Below, one piece after another: positions 9,584 through 19,624 of a stretch of DNA of 39,239 nt. A model generated the notes under the pieces. It had not been told where the DNA came from and did no database searches. It saw only the letters and a list, made by a program, of their open reading frames with translations. A program made the position numbers and the translations under genes. Every line of letters begins with the position of its first letter. Positions within the stretch are counted from its first letter, which is position 1. The DNA is from Nitrososphaeraceae archaeon (lineage in GTDB: Archaea; Thermoproteota; Nitrososphaeria; Nitrososphaerales; Nitrososphaeraceae), in contig DATBGR010000491.1 in NCBI GenBank assembly GCA_036557905.1, forward strand, positions 1 through 39,239, in the 5' to 3' direction.

Positions 9584-10044
9584 ATCGCTCTCTATAGAAT
9601 CAAGAACGCAAAAGTTATTTGAAGGTATAGTCAGTGCGACTAAATAGTAATCCTATATTCGGAAATAGCTAGAGGTGAGATATATTGTGTTGATTATTAT
9701 CGTATTTTTCTCCTTGGACTACTAAAATCATCCTTGAACAAGATCAGAGAACATTGATCCGCACTAATGTATGAGAAATTACTTTTCGTTAGTTTCTTAT
9801 AATTGAATATTGTGTATTGATGCACAACGAACTAATCTCTCATATTTCTGAATTCATGCGGATCTCTAAGCTGCAAGAGTCAACCTGACTAAATCACCCA
9901 ATGATGAATTTATAATAATATGGAGGTTCAGTCAATCCATAAATGTATTTATGCTTTTTCGAAACTTAGTATAACCTTCAGCTTGTAAAAACATTATTTA
10001 TTTGAAGAATCTTTTTTCATACGATATCGTCAAGATATCTTATT

Positions 10045-10434
10045 ATGAAATGCCTATCCCTAAAACAACCATATGCTGAACTCTTGGTATCAGGAAAAAA
10101 GACTATAGAATTGAGGGATTGGAACACTAGATTTAGAGGAAAATTCTTAATACATGCTTCAAAAAATATCGATTGCGAAAGGGCAGCATATTTAGGTATC
10201 GATTATAGAATGCTTACACAAGGTGCAATTATTGGCATTGCATTACTATATGATGTCAAACAATACAAGAACAGAGCAGAACTTGAAATAGACTATTACA
10301 AGCATTATGCAGATACCATGAAAATTGGTTCTTATAAGTACGGATTCATGGTAAAGAATGCAAACAGACTTCAAAATCCAATTCCTTATCGAGGCCAATT
10401 GAATTTCTTCGAAGTTGAGTATTCTATTTTCTGA
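10045..10434 (+). CDS. ASCH domain (PUA-like fold) protein
   Basis: The N-terminal LSLKQPYAELLVSGKKTIELRDW is the classic ASCH beta1-alpha1 signature. The size (129 aa) is typical for the family. Confidence 0.8.
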   Translation: MKCLSLKQPYAELLVSGKKTIELRDWNTRFRGKFLIHASKNIDCERAAYLGIDYRMLTQGAIIGIALLYDVKQYKNRAELEIDYYKHYADTMKIGSYKYGFMVKNANRLQNPIPYRGQLNFFEVEYSIF

Positions 10435-11379
10435 AAGTCTCTATTGCCATTAGATTCGCTTTATGGCGTTTATAAGATTACTAGAATAGATTCCGAGTTG
10501 AATTCTGTTTATTTTCGGTGATGGCCATGCTAAATGCACGAATCTTTCGTCCAGTATATAGGGCCACCTCCAAAACGCTTAAGCAGCTTTAGATATTCAT
10601 AAACCTGACCTTGTGTTAAAACTGTCTTCACTGTAAATCCGGAACTAGATTCGCCCATATAGAAGAGTATGTTTCTCATCACTGACGCGATTGTCTTAAA
10701 ATATAGCATTCTACTTGCAGAAGGCGGATAAGCATGACCATCGTAAACTCATCTCTTTGTTATCCTCATTAATGATACATTTGAATATGTGTTCTAGGCA
10801 AAATTAAAAGCAGTTAGAAAGGGAATTGATAAGTGAAGAGATAGATGCATACATAGATACCGTGGTACCTAGTCTAATTGGAAACGTGCTCGACTTATGC
10901 ACTTCAAAAAAAGAAATCTTCGAGGCTATCAAAACGATGTCTAATAGACTTTATGATGCAGCATCTGCTGAAGTAAAAAGAAGACGATTGTAGGCCAAAT
11001 CAAACAAGGTACGAGAGCTGATTAAGGGCATTTAGTAAGAGATGAGATTGTCCATGGATGTATAGATAAACACTTTTTAAAAATCTAAAAAAGTTATTTT
11101 TATTCTAGGACATTTTAACTGAAATACAATATTTTTGTTATAAAGCAACTAATTTAGTGGGCTAGCAAGGTGTTGTTATGGATCCTATGATGGGTAATTA
11201 AATAATTCGCCATAGGAGCCCTGAATTTCAGATTAACTACTTGCTGTTGAAAACGAATAAAAATCTATTGGAGTCTTTTTGCGATTTAAAAATGAAAGAG
11301 TAAGCAGATCTTAATTATGTATCATGATAGTAGAACTAAAGAGTAATTATGGAAATCCATTGAGAAATGCTGCGAAATT

Positions 11380-11628
11380 TTATACACTTGGCGCAAGTTT
11401 ATGATTACTCTTTGATCTAGCTCTATAAGAATTGTTTTCATCCAAAAGCTGCATATGTTCTTCCAGCGTATTATATCTAGAAAAGTCCATTCTAGTATCC
11501 TCGTAGTCCCCTATCTTTTGTAATTCTTCAACGATAGAGTCGTATTTCTCTGGCGTTCCTTCGGAGATCTTCCTCCTATTCTGTGATCCCGTCTTCTTTA
11601 TTTCTGGCGATGAAGGTTGGGGCGTCAT
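11380..11628 (-). CDS. Hypothetical protein (82 aa)
   Basis: It is an open frame with plausible charged composition. I recognise no family. Confidence 0.4.
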   Translation of the reverse strand: MTPQPSSPEIKKTGSQNRRKISEGTPEKYDSIVEELQKIGDYEDTRMDFSRYNTLEEHMQLLDENNSYRARSKSNHKLAPSV

Positions 11629-12152
11629 GACCTATATGCACTTAAGATATATAGCAAAGTGGTATATAATCTCATTTATTCAATCAACCCAAACGAACTA
11701 TGAAATATACACAATGAATTGTGGAGCAGGTTGATCAGGGTGATCTAGTGTTATCTATCTGAGCCAGTATTGCTTTGTATTCTGATAAATAGATCTACAA
11801 TCTTATCAAATATCATTTATCGACTAAAGTATTGCATTACAGTGATTCGATGGTATTGCGAACTCTAATCATTATCAAATTATTTAATCTGATTGTTGAT
11901 CGCCTGCAATTACATGAAGTGCCATATACTAATTCAGAGAATATAGTGATAATGCTTTATAACAATCAAATGATGGATGATCTATTGATCCATCTGAGTC
12001 CCAGATGCATTTCTGGGTAGTCTGTCTGTAGAGTGGATTTAGGTGATTCATGCTTGGTAATTAAGTAGTCGTAGCAGTTGCATAATGGGAGTATTTCCTT
12101 GTTTTTCGTATAGCTAAAAATAACCCGTCAAGATGAAGTGTTTCATAGAAAA

Positions 12153-12944
12153 ATGAACAATCATTTTATAAATGTGAGTGTAATTATAACACTATTCCTA
12201 TTTTCTATTACATTACTGCTCTCATGTCTATTCACAAATGATCATAGGTTTGCCCTAGCAGAGCAACAAAAGGCTATATCCGCATCTAATTCCAACCAAT
12301 CTAATAGGATACTTGGAGCTATTGCCTCAAATCTTTTTGGTAGTGATTCAGACTCTGTAGTAGCCGGTCATCATCCTCCAATTTATAATCAGTCCGAATC
12401 AAAACCGGATGCTCCAGCTAAAGAAAAAGGATTCTTGGTCGCGAGTGCAAAACCCGTCAATGTTTCTTATCCCTCTGAGTGGATAAAGAATAAAGGCATG
12501 AATATGCAATTTACTGGGGTTCATTCCATTCCAATTATTACTTTTTTGATTCCTGATTTTGAAGCTACGACAAGCAAAAGCAATTTCGTTGGAATATCCA
12601 AATACATTATTGGAGGTAATCATACTGCCGCAATGTCCTTGTCTAATTATGTGATTGAAGAACTCAAGGAATTGGAAAGTGATGGGAGCTTTCATCTTTA
12701 CGAATCACATCTTGACAGAATTGGCCAAAACCGCAGTTTGGCACAAAGGATCGTCTACGCCACCAATATAGTAGACAACTCACCTGTTAGTGGAGCTGAA
12801 GTCATAGGTCATAGGAAGACCATGGAAGTAATCACAGTGAACAATGGAACTGCATATTTCTTTGTATACAGTGCAGATGCTAACAGATATCCGGTCTACA
12901 TGGCTGAAGCATTTAAAATGCTTAACTCGTTAGAAATCAAATGA
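12153..12944 (+). CDS. Membrane-anchored or secreted protein, paralog of 6194-6820
   Basis: It has an N-terminal anchor (VIITLFLFSITLLLSCLF). The blocks VNVSYPSEWIK and GTAYFFVYSADANRY...MLNSLEI parallel the 6194 product. The ORF track starts at GTG 12138, and ATG 12153 is preferred. Confidence 0.7.
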   Translation: MNNHFINVSVIITLFLFSITLLLSCLFTNDHRFALAEQQKAISASNSNQSNRILGAIASNLFGSDSDSVVAGHHPPIYNQSESKPDAPAKEKGFLVASAKPVNVSYPSEWIKNKGMNMQFTGVHSIPIITFLIPDFEATTSKSNFVGISKYIIGGNHTAAMSLSNYVIEELKELESDGSFHLYESHLDRIGQNRSLAQRIVYATNIVDNSPVSGAEVIGHRKTMEVITVNNGTAYFFVYSADANRYPVYMAEAFKMLNSLEIK

Positions 12945-13627
12945 TTGTTACCAATTAAATCAACATGAATGTAATCTTATTTATTACACTAGTGACATGT
13001 GGATGTGATTCTGGGGTCTACTTCTACCAACAGTACTACTATCTATAGAAAACATATAACAATCAATTCACGATTTGCTCTAACTCTACTTGGAATATGC
13101 TATTGATCGAGTTGTCAAAATCTTATCAGTATTGAGTTCTTGATGAATTATTTGCGGAATCCGATCATGGATAAACAGGTAGAATTGGTAGACAAATCAT
13201 TAACTAGATTCTATTTTGTAGCTAGCAATTTACGCCTATCCATCGTTAGCAAGGTACTCCTTATGTGGTAATCGCAAAAATTATTTTTGGATAGGTCCAC
13301 ATTCGTATCTATTACTTGGCGGCAGGGATATCCATACAACATATTTTTCACTCCTTAAGTATCTAGAAATGTTAGGACTGAGAGTTTGGTATGAAGGATT
13401 ATGATAAAACGTAGTAGGCCTTTTGTGTTAACGCAAAACACACTACGCAACTATTCTCCCCTACATTAAAAGTATATGGATCCTTTTTTTAGTACTCGCA
13501 ACTATAGAGCAGTTTTCTATTCTGAACATGATAGAAAATAGTAAAAATTAGTTGTATAACTATCATTAATAAAATAAGAAAATATCCAAGTAACATATCT
13601 AAATTAGCTATTTCAACTCCTTAACTG

Positions 13628-13635
13628 AAATATAT
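13628..13635 (+). promoter_or_regulatory. TATA-like box upstream of 13661 gene
   Basis: AAATATAT is centred about 29 nt upstream of the ATG. This spacing fits an archaeal TATA box with a leaderless or short-leader mRNA. Confidence 0.3.
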
Positions 13636-13660
13636 CAAAACAATACAATCATATGTACAG

Positions 13661-13918
13661 ATGAAAAATCAATCTATAATAACTCTAATTGCAGTCGCAG
13701 CACTAGCAGGTATATTAATAACTGCAGCGGCAGTTAGTCAAGACGCTCTAGCCAAATGTAAGAAAAAATACCGTGGAGGACATGATAGTAAATCAAGTCA
13801 AACTATAGCTCAAACCAATTTTTGTGGTAATGGGAATTTGGCTATGAAAATCAGTTGTCAGAACTTGGCTAGTCAGATACACGGTAGTGGTAACGCTGTC
13901 AATGTGATAGGCTTGTAG
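13661..13918 (+). CDS. Small secreted Cys-containing protein (85 aa), family A copy 1
   Basis: It has a Sec-type signal peptide ending ALA|K. The mature region contains CGNGNLAMKISCQNLASQIHGSGNAVNV, which aligns at 14 of 30 positions with the 14233 gene product. Confidence 0.65.
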   Translation: MKNQSIITLIAVAALAGILITAAAVSQDALAKCKKKYRGGHDSKSSQTIAQTNFCGNGNLAMKISCQNLASQIHGSGNAVNVIGL

Positions 13919-13926
13919 TCAGGGTC

Positions 13927-13932
13927 TTTTTT
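13927..13932 (+). terminator. Oligo-T tract after 13661 gene
   Basis: A T6 run lies 9 nt after the stop codon. Archaeal termination commonly uses oligo-T. Confidence 0.3.
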
Positions 13933-14232
13933 GTTATAGTCACAAAAGTATGACAAACGGCGTAATTGAAGCTAGAATGGAGTATTAGTGGGATTACTAC
14001 ATACGTCTTTACCTTAATCTGCTCTATTGTCCTACAATATTTTAGAGGAGATTTCGGATCGGTATCGCATAGAAACTTCATTTTTTCTTAAAGTATCTAA
14101 ATATAATACCTTATCATATTCTTGCCAAAAAGTCAACGACTTAAGTTTTCTATGGAGTACGTCCAATTTGATATTGATTAAATAATTCTTTGAAAAAATA
14201 AATTGTTAACAGCCATTAAGCTAAAGAAGGGG

Positions 14233-14478
14233 TTACCTTTGTGACCCTGTCGAATTTAAATCTACGATATTATCGTTTCCATCAGCCTGTGATGCTATAT
14301 TCTCACACCTGATATTTAACGCAAATGGCTTATTCCCGCACGGATTAGCAGGTGATGCTCCTTGCGGATTCTTTGCAAACGCGTTGTTACCAATTATAGT
14401 CCCAGCCATAGCTGCCACAAGTATTAGAGCTGTTGCAGCCAAAGCGACCTCTTTTTTCATATTATTATGATGGTTCAT
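14233..14478 (-). CDS. Small secreted Cys-containing protein (81 aa), family A copy 2
   Basis: It has a signal peptide ending AFA|K. The mature region contains CGNKPFALNIRCENIASQADGNDNIVDL. It is convergent with copy 1. An alternative start is the ATG at 14460 (MKKEV...). Confidence 0.65.
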   Translation of the reverse strand: MNHHNNMKKEVALAATALILVAAMAGTIIGNNAFAKNPQGASPANPCGNKPFALNIRCENIASQADGNDNIVDLNSTGSQR

Positions 14479-14882
14479 TTACACTATGTGTGCTCTAATG
14501 CTTTATCTCGATTAGGACCATTAATGCTCTTTGATAAATCAGAATTATTTTCTTGTCTAATGAGTAGGTGTGATACTAACTGATTTGTATTTTTTAGAAA
14601 TTTAACTAATAAAAGATCTAAAGTAAAGAATTGCAAATGACAATCCTTAAGAACTAACTGGTTGCTATGTCCATCCATGAATCTTGAGGGTAATCTTGAT
14701 CAGAAGATTTAATTTTGTTAGAAATAAATGAAAGTACACTTATCAGTCGTGTTCTTTCTATATTTGTCCTCTTGTCATGACCTCCATTGGTCTAGGGATA
14801 CAAAGGAGCAATCAAGTTCGTCGCTTGTTAAATGAAATGCGATTACATTACAAAATATTATTAGTAAATTCTATTATAATTT

Positions 14883-15067
14883 AATGAACAAAGACGCACT
14901 CAAGACACTTCTGATCATTAGGCAATTGGGGCAACTCTTGTCGGAAGTCTATTATATACAAATGCCTACGCAAGTACTCTCCAACAGCGTCAAGCATGCA
15001 CAGATAAATTCCTTCCTCAAAATACCACTGAATACGACGTTTGTATTGGAGGAATGAATCAGGCTAA
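14883..15067 (+). pseudogene. Possible frameshifted small secreted Cys-peptide gene
   Basis: ATG 14883 opens MNKDALKTLLII. The hydrophobic core and cleavage site (IGATLVGSLLYTNAYA|STLQQRQACTDKFLPQNTTEYDVCIGGMNQG*) continue in another frame, directly after a TAG at 14918-14920. No canonical start exists in that second frame. Confidence 0.3.
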
Positions 15068-15361
15068 TCAGGTTAGTGACAAAGGTACCCACATTTTTCT
15101 GTTTTGAAGTGTAGTTTGTTCAGGTACCTCTTTCGGAAGCCTTGTCCAAGTAGTAAAATAATTTTATTATCTTCTACTAGCATTCAATTGAAAGTTTCAC
15201 TTATTATGTTTAAGGCAAATCGAAATTTGAAATTTTGATTATCTGAACGTAGTGCATCGCCATTACAAAGGTGATTTCATGAGTACATGAAAATTATTGA
15301 ATCTCTACCTTTCAAAGTATAACATGTCCTCATTATGATATCCGCCAATAATGATGACCTA

Positions 15362-15369
15362 TTTATAAT
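15362..15369 (+). promoter_or_regulatory. TATA-like box upstream of M1 aminopeptidase
   Basis: TTTATAAT is centred about 34 nt upstream of ATG 15400. Confidence 0.3.
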
Positions 15370-15399
15370 GCAAAATAGTAGCATTCGATTAGATCAATC

Positions 15400-18210
15400 A
15401 TGCAAACAGAGCATAAATCACCTAAAACGTTTGCATTTCCTGGTAGCACCACTCATTACTTGTCGTTATTGCCATTTGATATTGAATATATGGCGCTTAA
15501 ACTAAAGCCTGACTTTGAATCAAAAACTCTTGCTAACTGCGAAGAGATCTTGCAAATAATAGCAAGACGTGAGATCACCGAAATTGAACTTGATATAGCT
15601 GAGATGAAAATTGATAAAGTGCTTTATTGTGATTCTATTGACTGCTATAACAAGAATACTAATAATTTCAGTGAATTGAATTTTGACACAAATAATGACA
15701 AATTAATTGTCAAGTTTGCTAACAAATTGCTAGAAGGTAAGAGCATGACTCTTGTTATCAAATACTCTGCTGGCTATCGGTATGTCGATAGTAATCTTGT
15801 AATTACTAAACCAAGAAGCGGTTTTCATTTTGTTGAATATGATGAATATCATCGAAAAACCATTGGGCAAGCATGGACTCAAGGTGAGACTACCGAGTCA
15901 AAGTATTGGTTTCCATGCATTGATCAACCACAGGCTAAATATCCCAGAGAAATTGAGGTTCTAACACCAGCAAACGTTACTGTTATTTCTAATGGAATAG
16001 AGAAGTCTAAAAGCAGAGTAGAAATACTTCAAGACAACAATAATGACTCAAAAAAACTAATAAGACATACTTGGGAAGAAAAGATTCCCAATCCAGCGTA
16101 TCTCACATCTGTTGTTATAGGTACATTTAGTCGAAAGGATGAGGAGTATTTGAGTAGTAGGAGTAAAAGGAAGATCAATCTATCATATTTTTGGCCATTA
16201 GACTTTGATCATGATTACGGTGTGCGTAATTTTCAAAACACTCCGAGAATGATCAAATATTTTGAGGAATTTCTAGATTCACCCTATCCATACGACAAGT
16301 ATTCACAAGTTACAGTAGAGGGTTTTGAATTAGGTGGAATGGAAAATACCAGTTGTACTACCTTGACTCGAAATATCTTATACGATGAGAGAGGCTCACT
16401 TGATTATACTAGCGACGATGTTATTTCTCACGAGCTAGCCCATCAGTGGTTTGGCGATTTGATTACATGCAAGGATTGGTCGCATATCTGGCTTAACGAA
16501 GGATTTGCGACATATTTTGAAGCCTTGTACCGTGAAGCGAGCAGAGGAATAGATGAGTTTCAAAACTATATTTTGCAGATGGCCGATTCCTACTTAGATG
16601 AAGCTAGTACTCTATACAAGAGATCTATAGTAACCAAAGTGTACAAGCACCCAGACGAGCTATTCGATTCTCATTCGTACAAAAAAGGAGGTTGCATTCT
16701 ACATATGCTTAGAAACTATCTTGGTTATGAAATATTCAAGAAGAGTTTAAAGACTTATGTGGATACTTATAAAACTAAATCCGCAAAGACAGATGACTTG
16801 CGAAAAATTTTTGAATACGTTTCAGGTAAGAGTTTGGAACAGTTTTTTGATCAATGGGTATACGGGGCTGGTCATCCTGAACTAGACATTGAATTTTCAC
16901 AAGATACCAAGAATATAAAATTCAAAATAACGCAAGTACAGGATGGAACTATGTTTGAATTTGGCCTTGAAATCGTATTGGTTTATCAATATTCAGCTGA
17001 TGATGGAACTACACAAGAAAAAAGATTAAATGAAACGATTAAAATCTCAGAAAAGGTAACAGAAAAGAGTTTCGAAATTCCATTAGACGACAAAGGAAGC
17101 AAAATGAAAATCAAAACCTTTTCTATCGATCCACATTTCAAGGTTTTAAAAGAAATCAAATCAACAAAAGCTCCTGAAGACCTTCTCATAACTCAACTAG
17201 AACATGGTGATACAATATTCTCCAAAGTAAATGCAGCGCGCGCTCTTAAGGACAAATTTTCCGATGATGTAGTAAATGCATTAAAAAATCTAATTCTGAA
17301 TCAAGATACATTTTGGGCAGTATCAGTCGAAGTTGCCAATACGCTGGGCTCGTATTATACGGTGAATGATTATATAAAGACAAATAAGGCCTATTCATCT
17401 CTTGTGGATTGTTTTTCTAATGGAATAAAAAATTCCAAGTCTCGGAGAGCAGTTGTACGAAACATCGGTATTTTCGAAAAAGAGGATTCAATCGATCTAC
17501 TTGTACCCCTGGTTGAGAAACAGATTGATCCAAGTTATTTTGTCGAAGGCGAGGCTGCTACTGCATTGGGAAAGAGTTGTAAGCATATCTTGGACAAAAC
17601 TAAGAAGCAGGAAATAATTTCAATATTAAAAAATGTCGCCGAAAGAACTGATACATTTAGAAATATTCCAGCCCGTTGGGCAATCGATGGCTTGAAGCAT
17701 TTATTCAAAGATGATGACAAACAAATTATTTCCGAAATTATGATTTTTCTAATTGATAAAACCAAGCATGGAAATCATGATTTGGTACGTCGTGCTGCAA
17801 CTCCAGCATTGGGAAAATTCCTTCTGGATAAAGACAAAAAATTCAATTCTGATGTATTTGAAAGGTTAAAGGACCTTTTGAGAGATGAGCGTTCACTTAT
17901 CAGGACTAGCGCTTGTACTGCCTTTGCCGATCCTGACGCCAAGCCTTTAAAGCCGGATGTCATATTGATAGATATCCTTAATCAATTAACATTTGTTGCA
18001 GGGCATGATATTGATGGATTCACACGAAGGGCTGCCGAAACTAGCTTTCTCACAATTAAAGATTGGATCAAGGAATGGTCAGAAACACCATCACCAATAG
18101 CGCTTGATCTAAGAGAAAAGGAAGATACTACTGCATATGAAGAGAAAATAAAGAAACATCAAGAAAATGCACTTACCTTACTACGTAAAGATGTGCTAGT
18201 TAATGAATAG
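15400..18210 (+). CDS. M1-family zinc aminopeptidase with long helical-repeat C-terminal region
   Basis: It carries the GGMEN exopeptidase motif and HELAHQWFGD-x18-WLNEGFA (HEXXH-X18-E). At 936 aa, its C-terminal roughly 330 aa are helical and HEAT/ARM-like. Confidence 0.95.
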   Translation: MQTEHKSPKTFAFPGSTTHYLSLLPFDIEYMALKLKPDFESKTLANCEEILQIIARREITEIELDIAEMKIDKVLYCDSIDCYNKNTNNFSELNFDTNNDKLIVKFANKLLEGKSMTLVIKYSAGYRYVDSNLVITKPRSGFHFVEYDEYHRKTIGQAWTQGETTESKYWFPCIDQPQAKYPREIEVLTPANVTVISNGIEKSKSRVEILQDNNNDSKKLIRHTWEEKIPNPAYLTSVVIGTFSRKDEEYLSSRSKRKINLSYFWPLDFDHDYGVRNFQNTPRMIKYFEEFLDSPYPYDKYSQVTVEGFELGGMENTSCTTLTRNILYDERGSLDYTSDDVISHELAHQWFGDLITCKDWSHIWLNEGFATYFEALYREASRGIDEFQNYILQMADSYLDEASTLYKRSIVTKVYKHPDELFDSHSYKKGGCILHMLRNYLGYEIFKKSLKTYVDTYKTKSAKTDDLRKIFEYVSGKSLEQFFDQWVYGAGHPELDIEFSQDTKNIKFKITQVQDGTMFEFGLEIVLVYQYSADDGTTQEKRLNETIKISEKVTEKSFEIPLDDKGSKMKIKTFSIDPHFKVLKEIKSTKAPEDLLITQLEHGDTIFSKVNAARALKDKFSDDVVNALKNLILNQDTFWAVSVEVANTLGSYYTVNDYIKTNKAYSSLVDCFSNGIKNSKSRRAVVRNIGIFEKEDSIDLLVPLVEKQIDPSYFVEGEAATALGKSCKHILDKTKKQEIISILKNVAERTDTFRNIPARWAIDGLKHLFKDDDKQIISEIMIFLIDKTKHGNHDLVRRAATPALGKFLLDKDKKFNSDVFERLKDLLRDERSLIRTSACTAFADPDAKPLKPDVILIDILNQLTFVAGHDIDGFTRRAAETSFLTIKDWIKEWSETPSPIALDLREKEDTTAYEEKIKKHQENALTLLRKDVLVNE

Positions 18211-18594
18211 CAATGAAGACATTCGCTTATGCTTGTAATCATACGTTGACAAATGTCCAAAATTCCGTGCTAGCACTCAGTTTCGTATTTTGAAAATCGA
18301 AATTAGTTATCAGTTCTACTGCTAGTTTAGCTCCAGACGACTTTTGTTGATGCTACAATTTTCCTTGTTTATTCTCCATCGTCTACTTCATCAAACCTAT
18401 ACCTGGCATGAATTACAAATGAATTGGTGATAAATGAAATTTAAGAGATGGTCTCGATAGTTAGTAACAATTATTGTAGGTATCTGATATTATGAATCAG
18501 CAATGGGCTCTGGAATCGAAAGAACTGTGTACCATAAAGATCTTTCGTTCGTTCTTTTCAGCAATCATGCATTCTCCAATTCAATTCCAGAAGA

Positions 18595-18603
18595 TATTTA
18601 TAT
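18595..18603 (+). promoter_or_regulatory. TATA-like box upstream of 18631 gene
   Basis: TATTTATAT is centred about 32 nt upstream of the ATG. Confidence 0.3.
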
Positions 18604-18630
18604 CAAATCCAAGAATTCACAAAAAGTAAT

Positions 18631-19509
18631 ATGGCTCACTCTGCCCGTCCTCTGACATCTCGCGAGTTTAAGATTATGCTCCAAACCAAGCATTTTACGG
18701 ATAGGCTAAAAGGGGTTAAGGAAATTTCGAGTCTTATCAAAAGAATGGTTGAAGAACAGGGTGGAAAATTCAAGGTGCCTGATAAATATAAAGAAGAGGA
18801 AAGGACAACTTGGTTTTTAGATACCAAAGAATATGATCTCTATCGAGATAAAAAATTCCTTCTCCGAATAAGAAAAGAAAAAGAGTCTGGAATATATGAT
18901 ATTACATTGAAATGTAGACATTCTGATAGGTATGTTTGTGCCTTGTATGACCTTTCTGTTGCTGAAGATATAGAAGATAAATTCGAGAATGACTTCAAAA
19001 CCAAGTTCGAGGAGGATATAGTTACAACCAAGATGACCGATGCAACTACTACTTCTATCAGCAAATTTTCTCTTTCAGCATCTTTTGAGGGTAAAGAAAA
19101 ACCAGACTTTGGGAAAATCAAAGACTTAGTTTCATTCTTTCCTGATCTGGAATTAGAAGGAATTGATTACAATGAACCACTAACTCCGGTAAATAATTTC
19201 AAAGCTACGGAAATCTCATCAAAGATTGGGACGATCACATTTTCAGGTGATGATACCGAGATCGAGCCGGAGCTTAACTTGTGGTATTCAGCCGACAAAG
19301 AAGACAAGATACTCATCGTAGAATTCACGTTTAAGTGTAAAGCAGCAAAACAAGACAATGACAAAGATAAAGGAGTCTTGCTAGAAAAATACCCAAAAAA
19401 GCTTGTCTTAGGAGCAAGTCAATTTTACGAGTCATTGCAAAAAGATGAAAATATTGTAGATTTAGACACTACGAAAACAAAAACAGACTATGCTTACTCT
19501 AATAAATGA
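18631..19509 (+). CDS. Divergent CYTH-like (triphosphate tunnel metalloenzyme) domain protein
   Basis: The ORF itself is confident. The strand pattern resembles CYTH: REFKIML (a degenerate ExExK), TWFLDTKEYDLY, FLLRIRKE, YDITLKCR, KFEEDIV and ILIVEFTFKCK. The function call is tentative. Confidence 0.6.
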   Translation: MAHSARPLTSREFKIMLQTKHFTDRLKGVKEISSLIKRMVEEQGGKFKVPDKYKEEERTTWFLDTKEYDLYRDKKFLLRIRKEKESGIYDITLKCRHSDRYVCALYDLSVAEDIEDKFENDFKTKFEEDIVTTKMTDATTTSISKFSLSASFEGKEKPDFGKIKDLVSFFPDLELEGIDYNEPLTPVNNFKATEISSKIGTITFSGDDTEIEPELNLWYSADKEDKILIVEFTFKCKAAKQDNDKDKGVLLEKYPKKLVLGASQFYESLQKDENIVDLDTTKTKTDYAYSNK

Positions 19510-19624
19510 AGATTGTAGCCGCTAACTGGTCAATTTTTAAATCTACCAAGCTTACAGATAACTGGCTGAACGAAATCATAGTCTAATCCTCATCCTTATT
19601 CATCCTGGTAATAGAGTTCTGTAT

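Noticed and set aside
16986-19364. Antisense ORFs inside the M1 aminopeptidase and CYTH-like genes.
   Set aside because: They have the Ser/Leu-rich low-complexity translations typical of the antisense of Lys/Glu/Asp-rich genes.
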